This document shows, piece by piece, positions 52,005 through 62,991 of a stretch of 64,000 nt of DNA. Positions within the stretch are counted from its first letter, which is position 1. Each line of letters begins with the position of its first letter. Source of the DNA: Alphaproteobacteria bacterium (GTDB lineage Bacteria > Pseudomonadota > Alphaproteobacteria > UBA828); NCBI GenBank assembly GCA_965214705.1, contig CBDCCI010000002.1, positions 2,978,944 to 3,042,943 on the forward strand, read 5' to 3'. The position numbers were made by a program, and so were the translations under genes. The notes beneath the pieces are model-generated. The model did no database searches and was not told the DNA's origin. It saw only the letters and a list, made by a program, of their open reading frames with translations.

Positions 52005-52309
52005 ACGCGAGTTGTTGGCGATCAGATGCAGGCGCCGAAACTGCTGCTCCGCCGACCCACCCGATCCAGCGATCCCGCGCCCTGCTTGAACGCGCCAGGC
52101 TGCCAGCCGATCAGTGCGAGCCAAGTCTCGCCGTGCACCGCGACATGGCGCAGGCCCTTGCCGATGACGCCGTGGAACGCCAGATAGTGGTGCTCCTCAA
52201 CCAGCCGGTCCCAGCGCCGGTGCTCCCGCGCGCCCCAGGTCGGGCGCACCGTGACCGCGCGCAGATCAATGGACGAATCCAGAACCGGCAGCGTCGCCAT
52301 GAGCGGCAC
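52005..52309 (-). pseudogene. DUF4338-ISAs1 N-terminal fragment; left IR ends at 54590
   Basis: EHHYLAF, GLRHVA, LHLIANNSR; IR CAGGGCGAATTT lies beyond the inserted element 2. Confidence 0.75.
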
Positions 52310-52355
52310 ACTGCCACATCGAGAACAGAATGGCCAGCCCCGACTTCAGCTCACC

Positions 52356-54548
52356 CAGGGCGAATTTGTCCAAGCCTGATTTTGAGTTCTGCGCTACGAG
52401 TTGACCTTGGGTCTGGTCAGCGCGCGCCAACCCTGCTATGGATTGAGGCGACTGGATTCGCGGTGTTCTGCTGCGGATCGGCTTCGAGCAGGGGGACGGT
52501 TTCTACGGTGGATCTTTCCGAGGTCGATGTCGCTGCTGTCCGACCGGAGGACGAGGCCCGGTTCCGCGCGCTGATGGAGGGGCATCACTACCTGGGTGCG
52601 TCTGCGAAGGTGGGGGCGACGGCGTGGTACGTCGCCCATCGGCGCGGCGAGTGGCTGGTGCTGGCCGTGTTTTCGGCTGCGGCGCGCAAGTGCCGGGCGC
52701 GGGACGAGTGGATCGGCTGGGACTTCCGCACGCAGCACGGGCGGCTGCATCTGATCGCGAACAACGCGCGCTTCCTGATCCTGCCGGGACGGGGTGTTCC
52801 GAACCTCGGCTCGCGGGTGCTGGGGCTTTGCGCGCGGCGCTTGGCGCGCGACTGGCCGGCCCGCTTCGGCCACCCCGTGCTGATGCTGGAAACATTCGTG
52901 GACGCGGCGAGGTTCCGGGGCACGGTCTACCGGGCGGCTGGATGGCTGGCGGTCGGCCAGACCCGCGGCTTCCGGCGCCACCGCTCGGGCTATGTCGCCG
53001 GCTCGACGCCGAAGCTTGTGCTGCTGCGCCCCCTGGTTCCCGACGCCTGCCGCCGGCTGTCCGCTGCCGGGCTGGATCGGGAGTTGTGGAAGAAAGGAGT
53101 TCCGAGAACCATGATCAGCGCCGCTCAGCAAGAGTCGCTCTACGCCTACTTCAAGGACATCGACGACCCCCGCACGCGCAAGGGACGGCGGCATTCGCTG
53201 CCCAGCGTGCTCGCGCTTGCGAGTGGCGCGACGCTCTGCGGCATGCGAGGCTGGAAGGCCATCTCCGAGTGGGTCGACGATCTCGGCGAGAAGGCGCTGG
53301 CCCGCTTCGGCGTGCGGCTGCGCGACGGGGTGCGCCGGCCGCCTTCGATGTCGACCATCCGCAATGTGGTGATCCGGGTGGACCCGGACCAGTTGGACGA
53401 GGCGTTGCGCAAGTGGCAGGAGGCCCACGGCTCAGGCGACGCGGCGCTTGCCATCGACGGCAAGACCCTGAGGGGGGCCATCGACGAGGACGGGACCCAG
53501 GCTCATGTCATGAGCGCGGTCGGGCACGAGACCAAGGCCACGCTCGCCCAAAAAAACTTCTCCTGAAAGTCGGGGCCGACGAGGAGACAAAGCGCACCAA
53601 CGAGATCGGCACCGTGACGGCGCTGGTGGACCTGATCCCGAACATCGCGGGCAAGACGGTCACGACGGACGCGCTGCTGACCCAGCGCAAGTTCGCCCGC
53701 TACCTGCTCGACCGGGGCGCGCACTTCATGTTCATCGTGAAAGGGAACCAGAAGACCATGCGGGACGATGTGACGCTGCTCTTCGAAGAGGCGCCGGAGC
53801 GTGAGCCCGACTTCGAGGAGGAGGCCGCGCTGTCGCACGGACGCATCGAGCAGCGGGCAATCTGGACGAGCACGGAGTTGAACGGCTTTCTCGACTTCCC
53901 GGGCGTCGGCCAGGTCTTCATGATCGAGCGCTCCCGCCAGGACAAGAAGACCGGCGAGACCGGCACCGAGACCGCCTACGGGATCTCCAGCCACACGCCC
54001 GGCACGGCCAACGCGCAGAGCCTGCTCGCCCTCAACCGCGGCCACTGGTGCATCGAGAACAGCTCGCACCACTGCCTCGACTGGACCTGGGACGAGGACC
54101 GCAGCCGCATACGCACAGGCTTCGGCCCCGAGAACATGACCCGCCTGCGGCGCTTCGCCATCGGCCTGATCAAGGGCCGGGGGCTCGAGGTCGCCTCGAC
54201 CGTGCGCAGGCTCGCCCGCAACGTCCGCGCCGTCCTCGCCTTCCTGAAAATGACCGGGAACACCCAGCCGAGGACCGCAAAGCGCGCCGCGCCGGCCTGA
54301 ACCCCGGCGCCCGGCAAGCCGGGCGCAAAGATCGTACCTGCCCTCGCTCCCGACCACGCCGGTGGCGCGATCCATCATGTCGGGGCACCGCCAAATCGCG
54401 ACGGCACCGCCCACACGGTACTGCCAGAACCGTCTGACCGAACCGGATGCTCGGCCAGACCCCGCCGCAAACCCCGTAACAAAGCCGATCCGCACAACCC
54501 GTGGCCAGAACTCAACCGCCTACCAGCCGCTTGGACAAATTTGCCCTG
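52356..54548 (+). mobile_element. ISAs1-family element 2
   Basis: IRs CAGGGCGAATTTGTCCAAGC / GCTTGGACAAATTTGCCCTG; 10-bp duplication TCAGCTCACC. Confidence 0.93.
52508..54300 (+). CDS. DUF4338-ISAs1 transposase, probable -1 frameshift at A-AAA-AAC near 53550
   Basis: Frame 0 ends AQKNFS*; -1 frame continues KRTNEI, TTDALLTQ, VKGNQ, HGRIE, RGHWCIEN; start approximate. Confidence 0.85.
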
Positions 54549-54607
54549 TCAGCTCACCCGGCTCGACCGGCGGACAATAAATTCGCCCTGCGTGGCACGG
54601 GCGGAAC

Positions 54608-56965
54608 CACGGCAAATTCGTTCTGATTTTCGCCGCTGGCTGCCGGCACTCAATCATGCTCCACCCGCTTTCGTTGAGGACCTTGCGGGGCTGGCCACCG
54701 GATTTGGCCGCCATGGCGCCGCCGCATAGCGATGCCCTTGGCCGCGAGGGTCGAGCACGGCTTCATCTGGACATGACCGCTCGCCCCCGGCGTTCCGAGG
54801 GTTGGCGTCGCGGCGATGGACGCGGCCCGGAGGGGGCGGTCAGCCGGGCGCTGTCCGCGGAGCGACGTTGTCGGTCATTTTCAGGAAGTCGAGAACCCGC
54901 CTCGGTTTCCTGGCCAGCTTGCGCATGGTCTCGGCGACAGCGAGCCCGCGCCCCTTGATAACGCCGATGGCGAAGCGCCGCAGCAGGGTCATGTTCTCCG
55001 GACCGTAGCCTGAACGGATACGGCATCGGTCCTCGTCGAAGCTCCAGTCGAGGATGTGATGGGCCGCCTCGATGGTCCAGTGCCCGCGATTGAGGGTGAG
55101 CAGGCGTTCCGGCGATGCGGCCTGCGCACTCAGGCTGGTGACGCCGTAAGCCGTCTCGCAGCTTCTCTTCCCGGATTTGACGTGCCGGGTTTCGCGCCGC
55201 ACGGCGAAGATCTGTCCGGCGCCGGGGAAGTTGAGGTAGTCGTTGAGCTCGCTGGAGACCCAGATGGAGCGCCGCTCGCGGCGGCCGTGCTCGGGCTTGG
55301 GGCTCTCGTCCGCGAAGTCCGGCGCGCGGCCTGCGATGGCCTCATCGAGAGTGAGCCGGATGTCGTCGAGCAAGGTGGGCTGGTTGCCCTTGACGGTGAA
55401 CAGATAGTCGGCGCCGCGGTCGCGCAGATAGGAGGCCAGCGCGCGCTGGGTGAGCAGAGCATCGGCGGTGACGGTGCGGCCCGCGATGTCGGGCACCGTC
55501 TCGATACCCGGATCAAGTCCGGGCAGGGGGATGACGGTGCCGATCTCGTTGGTGCGCTTCTCCCCTTCGTCGGCGTCGGGCCTCATGCCGACTTTTGCCG
55601 TGAAAATGTCTGGGGATCGGCGCAAACCAACCCTTTGCGACGCTGGCGCTCATCCGGCGTCGCCGAGTTCACCGTCGGCAACAGGCGCCCGGTTGGGTGG
55701 CTACGACCGGTAGGCTTCCCCGATGTGGCCCGAAGTCGGCCTCCGCCGAGCGCGTCTACATTTTCATTCTACGGGGTGGCCGAGCCGCCGGCCATGAAAG
55801 TTTTTTTGACCCTAGGGCGCCTTGGTGTCGTGGCCTATGATGCCGAGCACATGAGCCTGCCTGCCATCGTCATCGATGGCGCCGCGGATGGTCTTGCCGT
55901 CGATGGCCAGCGCGCTGTCGCCCGAGCCGTGGGCCTCGTGCCAGGCCCTGAGCGCGGCGTCGAGCTGGACCGGATCGACGCGGATCAGCAGGCTGCGCAT
56001 CGCCGACAGGCTGGGCGGGCGGTACCGGCCGTCGCGGCGGCGCACGCGGAAGCGCTGCAGCACCCTGGGACTGAGGTCGTCGACCCATTCGCTGATCGCC
56101 TTGTAGCCGCGCATGCCACAGAACGTCGCGGCGGCGGCGAGCGCCAGTACCGTGGGCAGCGCATGGCGCCGGCCCTGGCGGCGGCGGAGATCGTCGATGC
56201 CCTGGAAGAACTCGGGGAGGGATCGCATCTGTGCGGCGGTGAGCGTCATCTTCGGCACTCCATGTCGCAGACGGGGGTCGAGATCGTCGGCCCGCAGCCG
56301 GGCCCGCGCGGAGCGGGACAGGGGAAGAAGGAACACGCGCTTGGGCCGTGCGTGCTCGCTGTAGCCGGCCCCGCCGCGAGCGAAGCCGCGGGTGCGCCCG
56401 ACCTCGATCCAGTTGGCCGCGCGGTAGACCGTGCCCCGGAAGAGCGCCGGGTCCACGAACGTCTCCGCCAGCAGCACGTCGTGACCGAAGCGGATCGGCC
56501 AATCCCTCACCAGACGGCGCGTGCACAGCGAGAGCACCCGCGAGCCGAGATTGCGTGGACCACCGGGCAGGATCAGGAAGCGCGAGTTGTTGGTGACCAG
56601 GTGAAGACGACCGAACTGAAGGCCGCGGTCCCAGCCAATCCAGCGATCGCGCGCACCGCACTTCAGCGCCGCTGCCGAGAAGACCGCCAACGCCAGCCAT
56701 CGCCCTCGATGGTGCGCGACATAGCGCACGGTCTCGCCCATCCCCGGCACCGCGCCGAGGTAGTGGTGTGTCTGCATCACGTCGCGGAAGCGGGCCTCGT
56801 CCTCCGCCGCCACGATGTCGACCACCACCTCCGATAGAGCTGCCACAGCTTGCCAGTCCCCACGGCTGCCTCGCGGCACTCATATCAGGACACGGGGAGC
56901 AAGTCCACTATGTCAGGCAACTCGCTGGCCGGCCTAGCCAAAGGCTGAAGTACAAATCCGCCCTG
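54608..56965 (-). mobile_element. ISAs1-family element 3; transposase at 54840-56879 disrupted
   Basis: 10-bp duplication CGGGCGGAAC; imperfect IRs; TAG stop and an insertion at the A7 site. Confidence 0.9.
55597..55800. mobile_element. 204-bp insertion at the slippery site of element 3
   Basis: Absent from the equivalent site in element 2; flanked by TTTT; motifs GCCGTGAAAATG, CATTTTCA, GCCATGAAAG. Confidence 0.65.
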
Positions 56966-57058
56966 CGGGCGGAACACCGACCGTGATATCATGCCAGCGA
57001 ATCGTGCAATAATTGATTATCTGCGCGACGTGCGCTGGGAACCCATGAGGAAAATGCC

Positions 57059-58303
57059 GTGAGCCGAACGATTTCGGATGGCGCAAGCACGGCCCGGATC
57101 GAGTATCTGAGAGTGCAGAACTTCCGCGCGCTAAGGGATGTTGAGCTCAAGGACGTAACGCCGCTAACCGTGTTGCTCGGCCCAAACGGCAGCGGCAAGT
57201 CCACTATGTTCGACGTGTTCGCGTTCCTCGCCGAGTGCTTCGAGTCGGGTTTGCGGAGGGCTTGGGACAGACGCGGACGCGGCAAGGAGCTCAAGACCCG
57301 CGGCTCCGACGGCCCGGTGACCATCGAGATCAAGTATCGCGAGCGCCGGAGAACACCCGTCATCACTTACCATTTGGCAGTAGACGAACCCGCCGGAAGG
57401 CCGCTGGTGGCTCACGAGTGGCTGGCCTGGAGGCGCGGCAGCCACGGCCGACCGTTCCGCTTTCTCGAATATCGTGAAGGAGTCGGCCACGCGGTGAGCG
57501 GGGAGGCACCGGATGAATCTGCCACGCGCGAGGATATCCCGTTGCAATCCCCGGATCTCCTCGCTGTCAACGCGCTTGGCCAGTTCCAAGAGCATCCACG
57601 AGTGGCGACCCTGCGAAACTTCATCATCGGTTGGCACGTCTCCTACCTCTCAGCGGACAGCGCGCGCGGCCAACCCGAAGCCGGACCGCAGGAGCAGCTA
57701 AACAGGACCGGCGACAACCTCGCCAACGTCATTCAATACTTGTCCGAGCAACACCCAAAGCGACTGGAACACATTTTCAGTGTCTTGAGCCGGCGCGTAC
57801 CCCGCGTCGAGCGTGTGCTGGCCGAGGCAATGCCGGACGGTCGGCTGCTGCTGCAGATCAAGGACGCACCGTTCAGCAACCCGGTGCTGGCGCGCTTCGC
57901 CTCCGACGGAACGCTAAAGATGTTGGCATATCTGGTACTGCTATACGATCCGGACCCGCCGTCCTTCATCGGTATTGAAGAGCCCGAGAACTTTCTGCAC
58001 CCGCGCCTGCTCCCGGGATTAGCGGAAGAGTGCCGCGCCACCTGCGCGCGCACACAACTGTTGGTCACTACGCATTCGCCGTTCTTCCTCGACGTTCTGC
58101 TGCCGAAGGAGGTGCGCGTCCTCTGGCGCGACGACGCGGGCCACACACAAGCAATTCGTTCCGCCGACATACCCCGCGTGCAGGCCTTTATGCACGAAGG
58201 TGCTCAACTGGGCGACCTGTGGATGGAAGGCCAATTCGGGGTCGGCGATCCGCTTGTGGCGCATGGCGCGCCCACGCGCGACTTCAAGAGCCGTGCGCGG
58301 TGA
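57059..58303 (+). CDS. AAA_21-type ABC ATPase
   Basis: [34 protein letters not shown]. Confidence 0.92.
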   Translation: MSRTISDGASTARIEYLRVQNFRALRDVELKDVTPLTVLLGPNGSGKSTMFDVFAFLAECFESGLRRAWDRRGRGKELKTRGSDGPVTIEIKYRERRRTPVITYHLAVDEPAGRPLVAHEWLAWRRGSHGRPFRFLEYREGVGHAVSGEAPDESATREDIPLQSPDLLAVNALGQFQEHPRVATLRNFIIGWHVSYLSADSARGQPEAGPQEQLNRTGDNLANVIQYLSEQHPKRLEHIFSVLSRRVPRVERVLAEAMPDGRLLLQIKDAPFSNPVLARFASDGTLKMLAYLVLLYDPDPPSFIGIEEPENFLHPRLLPGLAEECRATCARTQLLVTTHSPFFLDVLLPKEVRVLWRDDAGHTQAIRSADIPRVQAFMHEGAQLGDLWMEGQFGVGDPLVAHGAPTRDFKSRAR

Positions 58304-58917
58304 TGACGCGCCACTTCGAGTTTCTGGTCGAGGAACAGTCCATGGAAGTCTTTCTCCGGGGACTGCTCCCGCGCTTGTTGCCCGGGAACCGAACGTTTGA
58401 GGTCCATGCGTTTCGGGGAAAGAAAGACTTGCTGCAGAAGCTGGAGGGCCGCCTGAGAGGTTATGCCAGATGGCTGCCTGAGGACTATCGCATCGTCGTG
58501 ATGGTCGATCGCGACAATGACGACTGCCATGCTCTCAAGACGCAGCTAGAAGAGGCAGCCGGAGGAGCGGGTTTGCTCTCGCGGTCGCGGGCGGCAGAGC
58601 GGCTGTGGCAATTGGCCAACCGCGTTGTAATCGAAGAGCTGGAGGCGTGGTACTTTGGCGATTGGCAGGCTGTGAGGGCTGCCTATCCTCGGGTGTCTGC
58701 AGCCATCCCAAATCCGGCGAAGTACCGCGACCCAGATTCCATCGCGGGAGGCACCTGGGAGGCTTTCGAGCGAATCCTGAAAAGACACGGATACTTCAGG
58801 TCCGGGCTGCGCAAGATGGAAGCGGCACAAGCCATGGCCGCCCACATCGACCCGTCGCGTAATCGTTCGCAAAGTTTCAGGCATTTCGTTGGCGCCATCG
58901 TGGAGGCGACTGCGTGA
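58303..58917 (+). CDS. DUF4276-family protein
   Basis: FLVEE.SME, VDRD.DDC, IEELEAWYFGD, NRSQSF; TGATG coupling to the ATPase. Confidence 0.85.
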   Translation: MTRHFEFLVEEQSMEVFLRGLLPRLLPGNRTFEVHAFRGKKDLLQKLEGRLRGYARWLPEDYRIVVMVDRDNDDCHALKTQLEEAAGGAGLLSRSRAAERLWQLANRVVIEELEAWYFGDWQAVRAAYPRVSAAIPNPAKYRDPDSIAGGTWEAFERILKRHGYFRSGLRKMEAAQAMAAHIDPSRNRSQSFRHFVGAIVEATA

Positions 58918-59047
58918 GGAGCGCAAAGAGCGGCGATCCGCGCGCGGTCTCTCCCGCTCCACGAAGCCGCGCGGGGGGGTCCTATTGGCTACCGGGACAA
59001 CCTCCGACGTGCCACTCAGGGGGGTCAATTTTGGACGCCGATTGACA

Positions 59048-59368
59048 CCCGGTTGTCTTCCCGAGGCGACTTAGAAGGCTGGCAATCGACCGATCCTGCA
59101 TCAGGCGAGCCAGCTCCGCGATCAGAGCGCCGGTCTCGGCGTCGGTCGTCCAGCGGTGATTGCCGGTGCGGTGTTTGCGTACCATAAGCTCAGTGTGATC
59201 GCCGCCTTGCCAGTGGAGCCGCAGAAGGATCAGGGTCCCCTGCACGGTCGCAACGATCTCCACCAGCGCCGCCCGAAGGATACGCTTGCGGCTTTCCGGG
59301 CTGGCCCGTTCATGCGTCCAGGCGCGCTCGAGATCGGCGCCCAGCGCGAGGTATTCTTCGCGTTCATC
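59048..59368 (-). pseudogene. Large serine recombinase internal fragment
   Basis: RKRILRAALVEI, LHWQGGDHTEL, DRSIASLLSRLGKTTG; bounded by IS21 and IS66 ends. Confidence 0.65.
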
Positions 59369-59920
59369 GTAAGCGGTATCGAGGCCCCATACTTCCAACG
59401 CATCTGATTTCGCGGCTGACTCTTGGCCTTGGCAAGGAGCCTTGGAGGAGGCATCGCGATGAAGGATTTGGATTTGCTGCGTGGCCACGAGTTCGGCGGT
59501 CACTCGGTCGAGGCGCGAGCGCCTGAAGCAGCCGCCCCATCTGGCGCAGCGCCATCTACGGCAACTGTTCCGGGTGATCGCACTCGGCGGTCATGGTCCG
59601 CCGAGGAGAAGGCCCGGATCATCGGGGAGAGCGACGGGCCGGGAGTTGTGCAGAAGGAAGTCGCGGCTCGCCACGGCATCAGCGCACAAACTCTTCGTCA
59701 GTGGCGCAGTCGGTCAGCGGCTTCCGGGAAGCGGCGTGGCCGGCCTTGGTCGGCTGATGTGAAGGCGCGGATCGTTGCGGAGAGCGAGCGCCCGGATGCA
59801 TCGATATCGGCAGTTGCTCGCCGTCACGGCATCAGCGAGAAGACGCTGCGCACCTGGCGTCGCCAGGCGGCGAGTGAGAGCCTGGCCGGACATGAATTGA
59901 GTGGAATCAGACACTTGTGA
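59369..59920 (+). mobile_element. IS66 left end with double-HTH tnpA (59459-59920), truncated
   Basis: GTAAGCGGTATCG end; two WS...KARI...VA.RHGIS...LR.WR units. Confidence 0.7.
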
Positions 59921-60479
59921 TTCACTGCCTGTGCTTCACAACACGGGGAACCACAAGATGTGAATCGTAAGCGGTATCGGGCCCCCATACTTCCAGCGAA
60001 TCTGATTTTGGGGCTGACTCTCCGCCTTGACCACGAGCCACACAGGAGAGATCGCGATGACAGATTCGATTTTGGCATCTGGCGACGGTGTCGCTGTTGC
60101 TTCGGTTGAGATCCCAGCTTCTGAGGGAGCCGCCCCGGCTCCGTCTGAGCCGGCCCCCATGCGACGCTGGCCGGACGATGAGAAGGCGCGGATTGTCTCG
60201 GAGAGCTTTTGAGCCGGGCTCTTCGGTTGCGGCGGTCGCGCGCCGCCATGGCGTCAGCGATACGAGCCTGACCAAGTGGCGGCGGCGCGCGCGGGAGGGA
60301 ACTCTTCCGGGCGCTCGGATTGGTGGCTCTGCACCGCCATTTGTTCCCGTGGTGGTTGATAGCGTGACGTCCGAGCAGACGGTGGCGATCGAGGCGCTGG
60401 GCGTGGTCGTTCGCCTTCCGGTGGAGAGCGCGGTCGATCGGATCGTGGCGGTGGCCTCGGGTCTGGGTCGGGCGTCGTC

Positions 60480-60830
60480 ATGATCGCGGCCCCCTCGCTT
60501 CGCATCGTGTTGGCGACGCGGCCGGTTGATTTTCGTCGCGGCCATGACGCGCTTGCGGCGACGGCGGCGGGGGAGTTGGATCTCGATATCTATTCCGGGG
60601 TGATCGTGATCTTCCGCTCGCGCCGCGGCGACAGGCTCAAGCTCCTTGCGTGGGACGGCAGCGGTCTGGTGATGACCTACAAGCGTCTTGAGCAGGGTCG
60701 TTTCGCCTGGCCCCGGATCGAGGACGGTGTGATGCGCCTTACGAAGGGCCAGTTCGAGGCCCTTTTCGAGGGCCTTGACTGGCGCCGGGTCAAGGCCCTC
60801 CCGGTTCGCCGCCCGCTGGCGGCGGAGTGA
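60480..60830 (+). CDS. tnpB: IS66 accessory protein TnpB
   Basis: PVDFRRG, FRSRRGDRLKLLAWDGSG, KRLEQGRF. Confidence 0.92.
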   Translation: MIAAPSLRIVLATRPVDFRRGHDALAATAAGELDLDIYSGVIVIFRSRRGDRLKLLAWDGSGLVMTYKRLEQGRFAWPRIEDGVMRLTKGQFEALFEGLDWRRVKALPVRRPLAAE

Positions 60831-61499
60831 GGCGGCACGCAGGCGGGGCCGCAGATTTCGGTCGCGGTCCCGCCTGCATTTTTCCCTGGTCACGCATCGG
60901 CGAATCGGATTAAGGGGTGGGCCATGCCGAAGGCCACGCCCTCACCTCCCAGCAGCGCCGGTTCGCCGCCGCCTGAGGTGGTTTCGGCGGCGCTGGCGGC
61001 CCTGCATGCGGAGCTTGACGACGAGCGCGCGGCGCGCCGGGCTACGGAAGCAGCCCTGTGCGAAGCGGAGCAGGCACGCGGCGCGGCGGAGGCGGCGAGG
61101 CAGACGGCGGAAGCGCGGGCGGCACGGCTGGAGGCAGAGAACGCGCAGAGCGCGGAGCAGATCGGCCGCCTTGAGCATCTCAACAAGGAGCTCAGGAAGG
61201 CGCTGTTCGGTCCGCGCTCCGAGAAGCTCGGCGAGGACGAGCGCCAGCTTACGTTCGAGGAGTTTTGGGCGGCGATCGCTGAAGCCGGCGGCCGGCCTGA
61301 GGCAGACGATCGGGAACAGGACGAGGAGGCTGGCGGCAAGCGCCGGCGGCGCTCTCCCCGGGGATCGCGCAGCGGGGTGCGCTTCGGGCCTCAGGTCGAC
61401 CGGCGCGAGGAGGTGATCGAGCCGGACACGATCATGTGCCCGTGCGGCTGCGGCGAGATGACGAAGATCGGCGAAGATCGCAGCGAGCGTCTTCCGTAA

Positions 61500-61940
61500 T
61501 GGGGCGGTTGATGTCAAGCACCGATCTTCACAACGTTCCGGCCTGGCACGGCCATTCGAACATGGGGCACCGTCGCCTGCGGCTGGGCCTCTCGCAGGCA
61601 TGGTCAACATGATCGACACAGGTGGTTGCCTTGGCGGCTAACGGGCTCGTCGACACGGCACGGTGAAGGAAGCGGGACCCCCGGATATGTCCCCGTCGCC
61701 AGGCTCTCGCTTCCGTCCGTGGTCAGCGCAGAGCGGCTGCCAACTTCATGCCTGGTCCAAGACGATTCCCGAGTGCCGATCTGGTCTGCGTGCTCGAACG
61801 CCAAGAGGCGATTCGGCAACAGCCGCTAGCACGTGCATCATCGGGAACCGCGTCCCGGCGAGGGGATAGCGGTGGATCGCCACCTTCAGGCGCGGCTCTT
61901 TCCTCCTCTCGCTGCTGATTGCCGGTGGGATGCAGCCGCG
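61500..61940 (-). ncRNA. Candidate bridge/seek RNA in the 3' non-coding end of the IS1111-type element
   Basis: Long non-coding region downstream of the recombinase containing segments that match target and donor; boundaries unknown. Confidence 0.6.
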
Positions 61941-61941
61941 C

Positions 61942-62991
61942 CTATGCCGTCTGGAGCGCCATCGCCTCCTCGCGCGTGAAGCGGAACTCGGTGCCGTCCC
62001 GCCACATCCGGTGAAGTACCACGCCGATGCGCCGGGCCAAGGCGACGGTCGCCCGCTTCTTGCCGCGGAGCTTCGCCAGACGCAGCGTCCAGGCCTTCAG
62101 CCAGTTCGGCCCGGCGGTGCAGTTCAGCATCACCGTGGCCGCCTGATACAGCGCGGCCCGCAGACCTGCGTCGCCGCACTTCGTGATGCCGCCGACAATA
62201 TCTCGCTCGCCGGATTGGTCCCGGCCCGGCGTCAGTCCCACCCAGGGGCCGACATCCTTCGATCTCCGGAACCGCTCGGGATCGTCGATCGCCGATTTGA
62301 AGGTCAGGGCCACGACCGCGCCCACGCCGGGCATGGTCATCAGCAGCCGGCATACCGGATCCTCCCTGGCCAAGTCGCGGACCAGCTTCTCCAGGCCGGC
62401 CAGCTCGCGGCGCAGAGCCACCCGCGCGCGCAGGATCGGTTCGGCGGCGGCCTCCAGCATCGCGTTGCCGGCGATCAACTCCCGGACGCGGGCCTCCCAG
62501 CGGCCCTTCGAGACCTGGCCCAGCTTCAGGCCAAAGTTGCGCAACACGCCGCGCAGCGAGAGTTCCATATCGGTGAGCGCGTCCCTTCACGGACCTGCGC
62601 GAGGTCAGAAGTGCGCGCATCTCCTGCGACGATACCGACTTGCAGTGCACCGGCCTGAACCAGCCCATCTGCAGAAGACGCGCGATGCCCTCGGCATTCC
62701 CGCCGATCCGTCTTGATCGGCATCGCCTTCAGCGCCGCCTTCACCCGGCCGGGTCTCCATCAGCACGGCCTCGAAGCCGGCGTCGGTCAGCCCCTTGTGC
62801 AGCCAGTTGGGACAGGGGACCGGCCTCGAGACCGATCGCCGCGATCTCGTGCTCCAGCTTGCCCATGAACACGACCAGCGCTTCAGGCGTGCTGGCGACC
62901 TGCGCCTCCGGTCACGATCTTGCCCTTCTCGCCGATCACGCAGATTGTCCGTGCTTGCCAGCGATACATCCAGCCCGATATAGACATCCAT
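61942..62991 (-). pseudogene. IS110 recombinase with several frameshifts
   Basis: YIGLDV, IKTDRR, TMPGVG, GLTP...QSG, ITKCGD, VALARR. Confidence 0.88.

Noticed and set aside
60480-60830. TnpB as an RNA-guided nuclease
   Set aside because: It is the small IS66 accessory TnpB, unrelated to IS200/IS605 TnpB
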